From Hydrurus foetidus (taxonomy: Eukaryota), in contig UYFQ01000611.1 in NCBI GenBank assembly GCA_900617105.1, positions 1 through 64,000 of the forward strand: a stretch of 64,000 nucleotides of DNA, given 5' to 3'. Made by a program: the position numbers and the translations under genes. Below, piece by piece: positions 63,130-64,000 of this stretch; position 1 is the stretch's first letter, and each line of letters opens with the position of its first letter. A model generated the notes under the pieces. It made no database searches and was not told where the DNA came from. It saw only the letters and a program-made list of their open reading frames with translations.

Positions 63130-64000
63130 ATGTCAAGCAACAGTTCAGCAAGCGCTTCTTGCGCATCAGCTTTTGGAGTAGCACTTTTTCCTCATTATGA
63201 GATTCTTCCAGATGCTCTAATCAAGGGTTTGGAGATTGCGGCAAACTCAAGTATGCTATCAACAGACACTGCCGGTGACATGTTCAATTGCACCCGAGCA
63301 AACAAAGTCCCGCTCAGTGAGATTCAGCCAGATGCAGTGATAATGATTCCACTCTTCGTACCTGAAGATCCCATTGTTATGGACTCCTCAGCTCTTGCTG
63401 TGAGTCCAATGATGTACGTACAATTGGCCGGTCAACCGCAGCCGAGAGCAATCTTCGGCAACTGCATCGCTTACTCTGTAGATGTCGTACACCGAGAGGT
63501 CGAGATCGGGGCAGGAATTTACTTTCCACCTCCACCACACCTCTTGGTTGTAAAACCCTCCATTATCAGCCAAATAAGTATCACTGCGCCGGCAAAGAAT
63601 GACTATGCCGAGACAGACGAGATGCAGCAGTCAAAACGTCTTTGTGTTCGGTCGCTGGAAAATAGGGGTGAGCAGGCCGACGAGAGCCGTGATTCATCCG
63701 TCGAGAAAGGTATGTCAAAATACATACTTGATCTTGATGGAGGCAAGCATGCGACTCGTAATAAGTCAGACATCGCCCAAAGGGAGAAGGACTTGGGGTT
63801 TGCATTTAGAGCAGTCGATAGGGAGCGGTGGGAATACTTAGCCGGCACAGACTTTCTGCTACAATCTGCCGACTATCGGATAACGATCATACAGCAAGGT
63901 CGCATGCGTGCTGACCATAGGCACAAAGCATTCCTCTCATGTGGTGTCCTCGACAGAGTTCAGGGTCTGAGCGTTACTCAGAAGACTAGCGACACGAAAC
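63130..64000 (+). CDS. Uncharacterised ORF of at least 290 aa, open to the window end and absent from the ORF track
   Basis: Hand translation from ATG 63130 (MSSNSSASASCASAFGVALFPHYEIL...DLGFAFRAVDRERWEYLAG...) shows no stop before 64000. Confidence 0.65.
   Translation, partial: MSSNSSASASCASAFGVALFPHYEILPDALIKGLEIAANSSMLSTDTAGDMFNCTRANKVPLSEIQPDAVIMIPLFVPEDPIVMDSSALAVSPMMYVQLAGQPQPRAIFGNCIAYSVDVVHREVEIGAGIYFPPPPHLLVVKPSIISQISITAPAKNDYAETDEMQQSKRLCVRSLENRGEQADESRDSSVEKGMSKYILDLDGGKHATRNKSDIAQREKDLGFAFRAVDRERWEYLAGTDFLLQSADYRITIIQQGRMRADHRHKAFLSCGVLDRVQGLSVTQKTSDTK

Overview
Eukaryotic nuclear DNA with GT-AG introns and 5-mer microsatellites. CoDi-like Copia elements and a bipartite plastid-targeting presequence suggest a photosynthetic stramenopile (inference). 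Bases 1-19.9 kb form a nest of transposons. A decayed Ty1/Copia element carries three insertions: the 3' end of a chromodomain Gypsy, a tiny 3-LTR tandem mini-element, and a complete CoDi-like Copia with 201-bp LTRs. A PIF/Harbinger DNA transposon follows (15-bp TIRs, TAA TSD), its transposase split by a second complete chromodomain Gypsy. Bases 20-64 kb are gene-dense: DDX46/Prp5, tRNA-Pro(CGG), a GT25-like glycosyltransferase, NOP58, a KEA-type K+/H+ antiporter, a 934-aa coiled-coil ORF, meiotic DMC1, a hypothetical gene, a P1B Cu-ATPase and an ORF running off the end. The main findings are: (1) a structurally intact tRNA-Pro split in its T-loop (59/60) by a 35-nt intron with archaeal-type bulge-helix junctions; (2) a Copia element with no tRNA primer site whose PBS position is complementary to its own LTR, suggesting Tf1-like self-priming; (3) an ultra-small LTR mini-element array with 76-bp LTRs and an 18-bp internal region; (4) a conserved Gypsy 3'UTR RNA structure; and (5) an intronic miRNA-like hairpin. 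All coordinates were counted by eye and may be off by a few bases.
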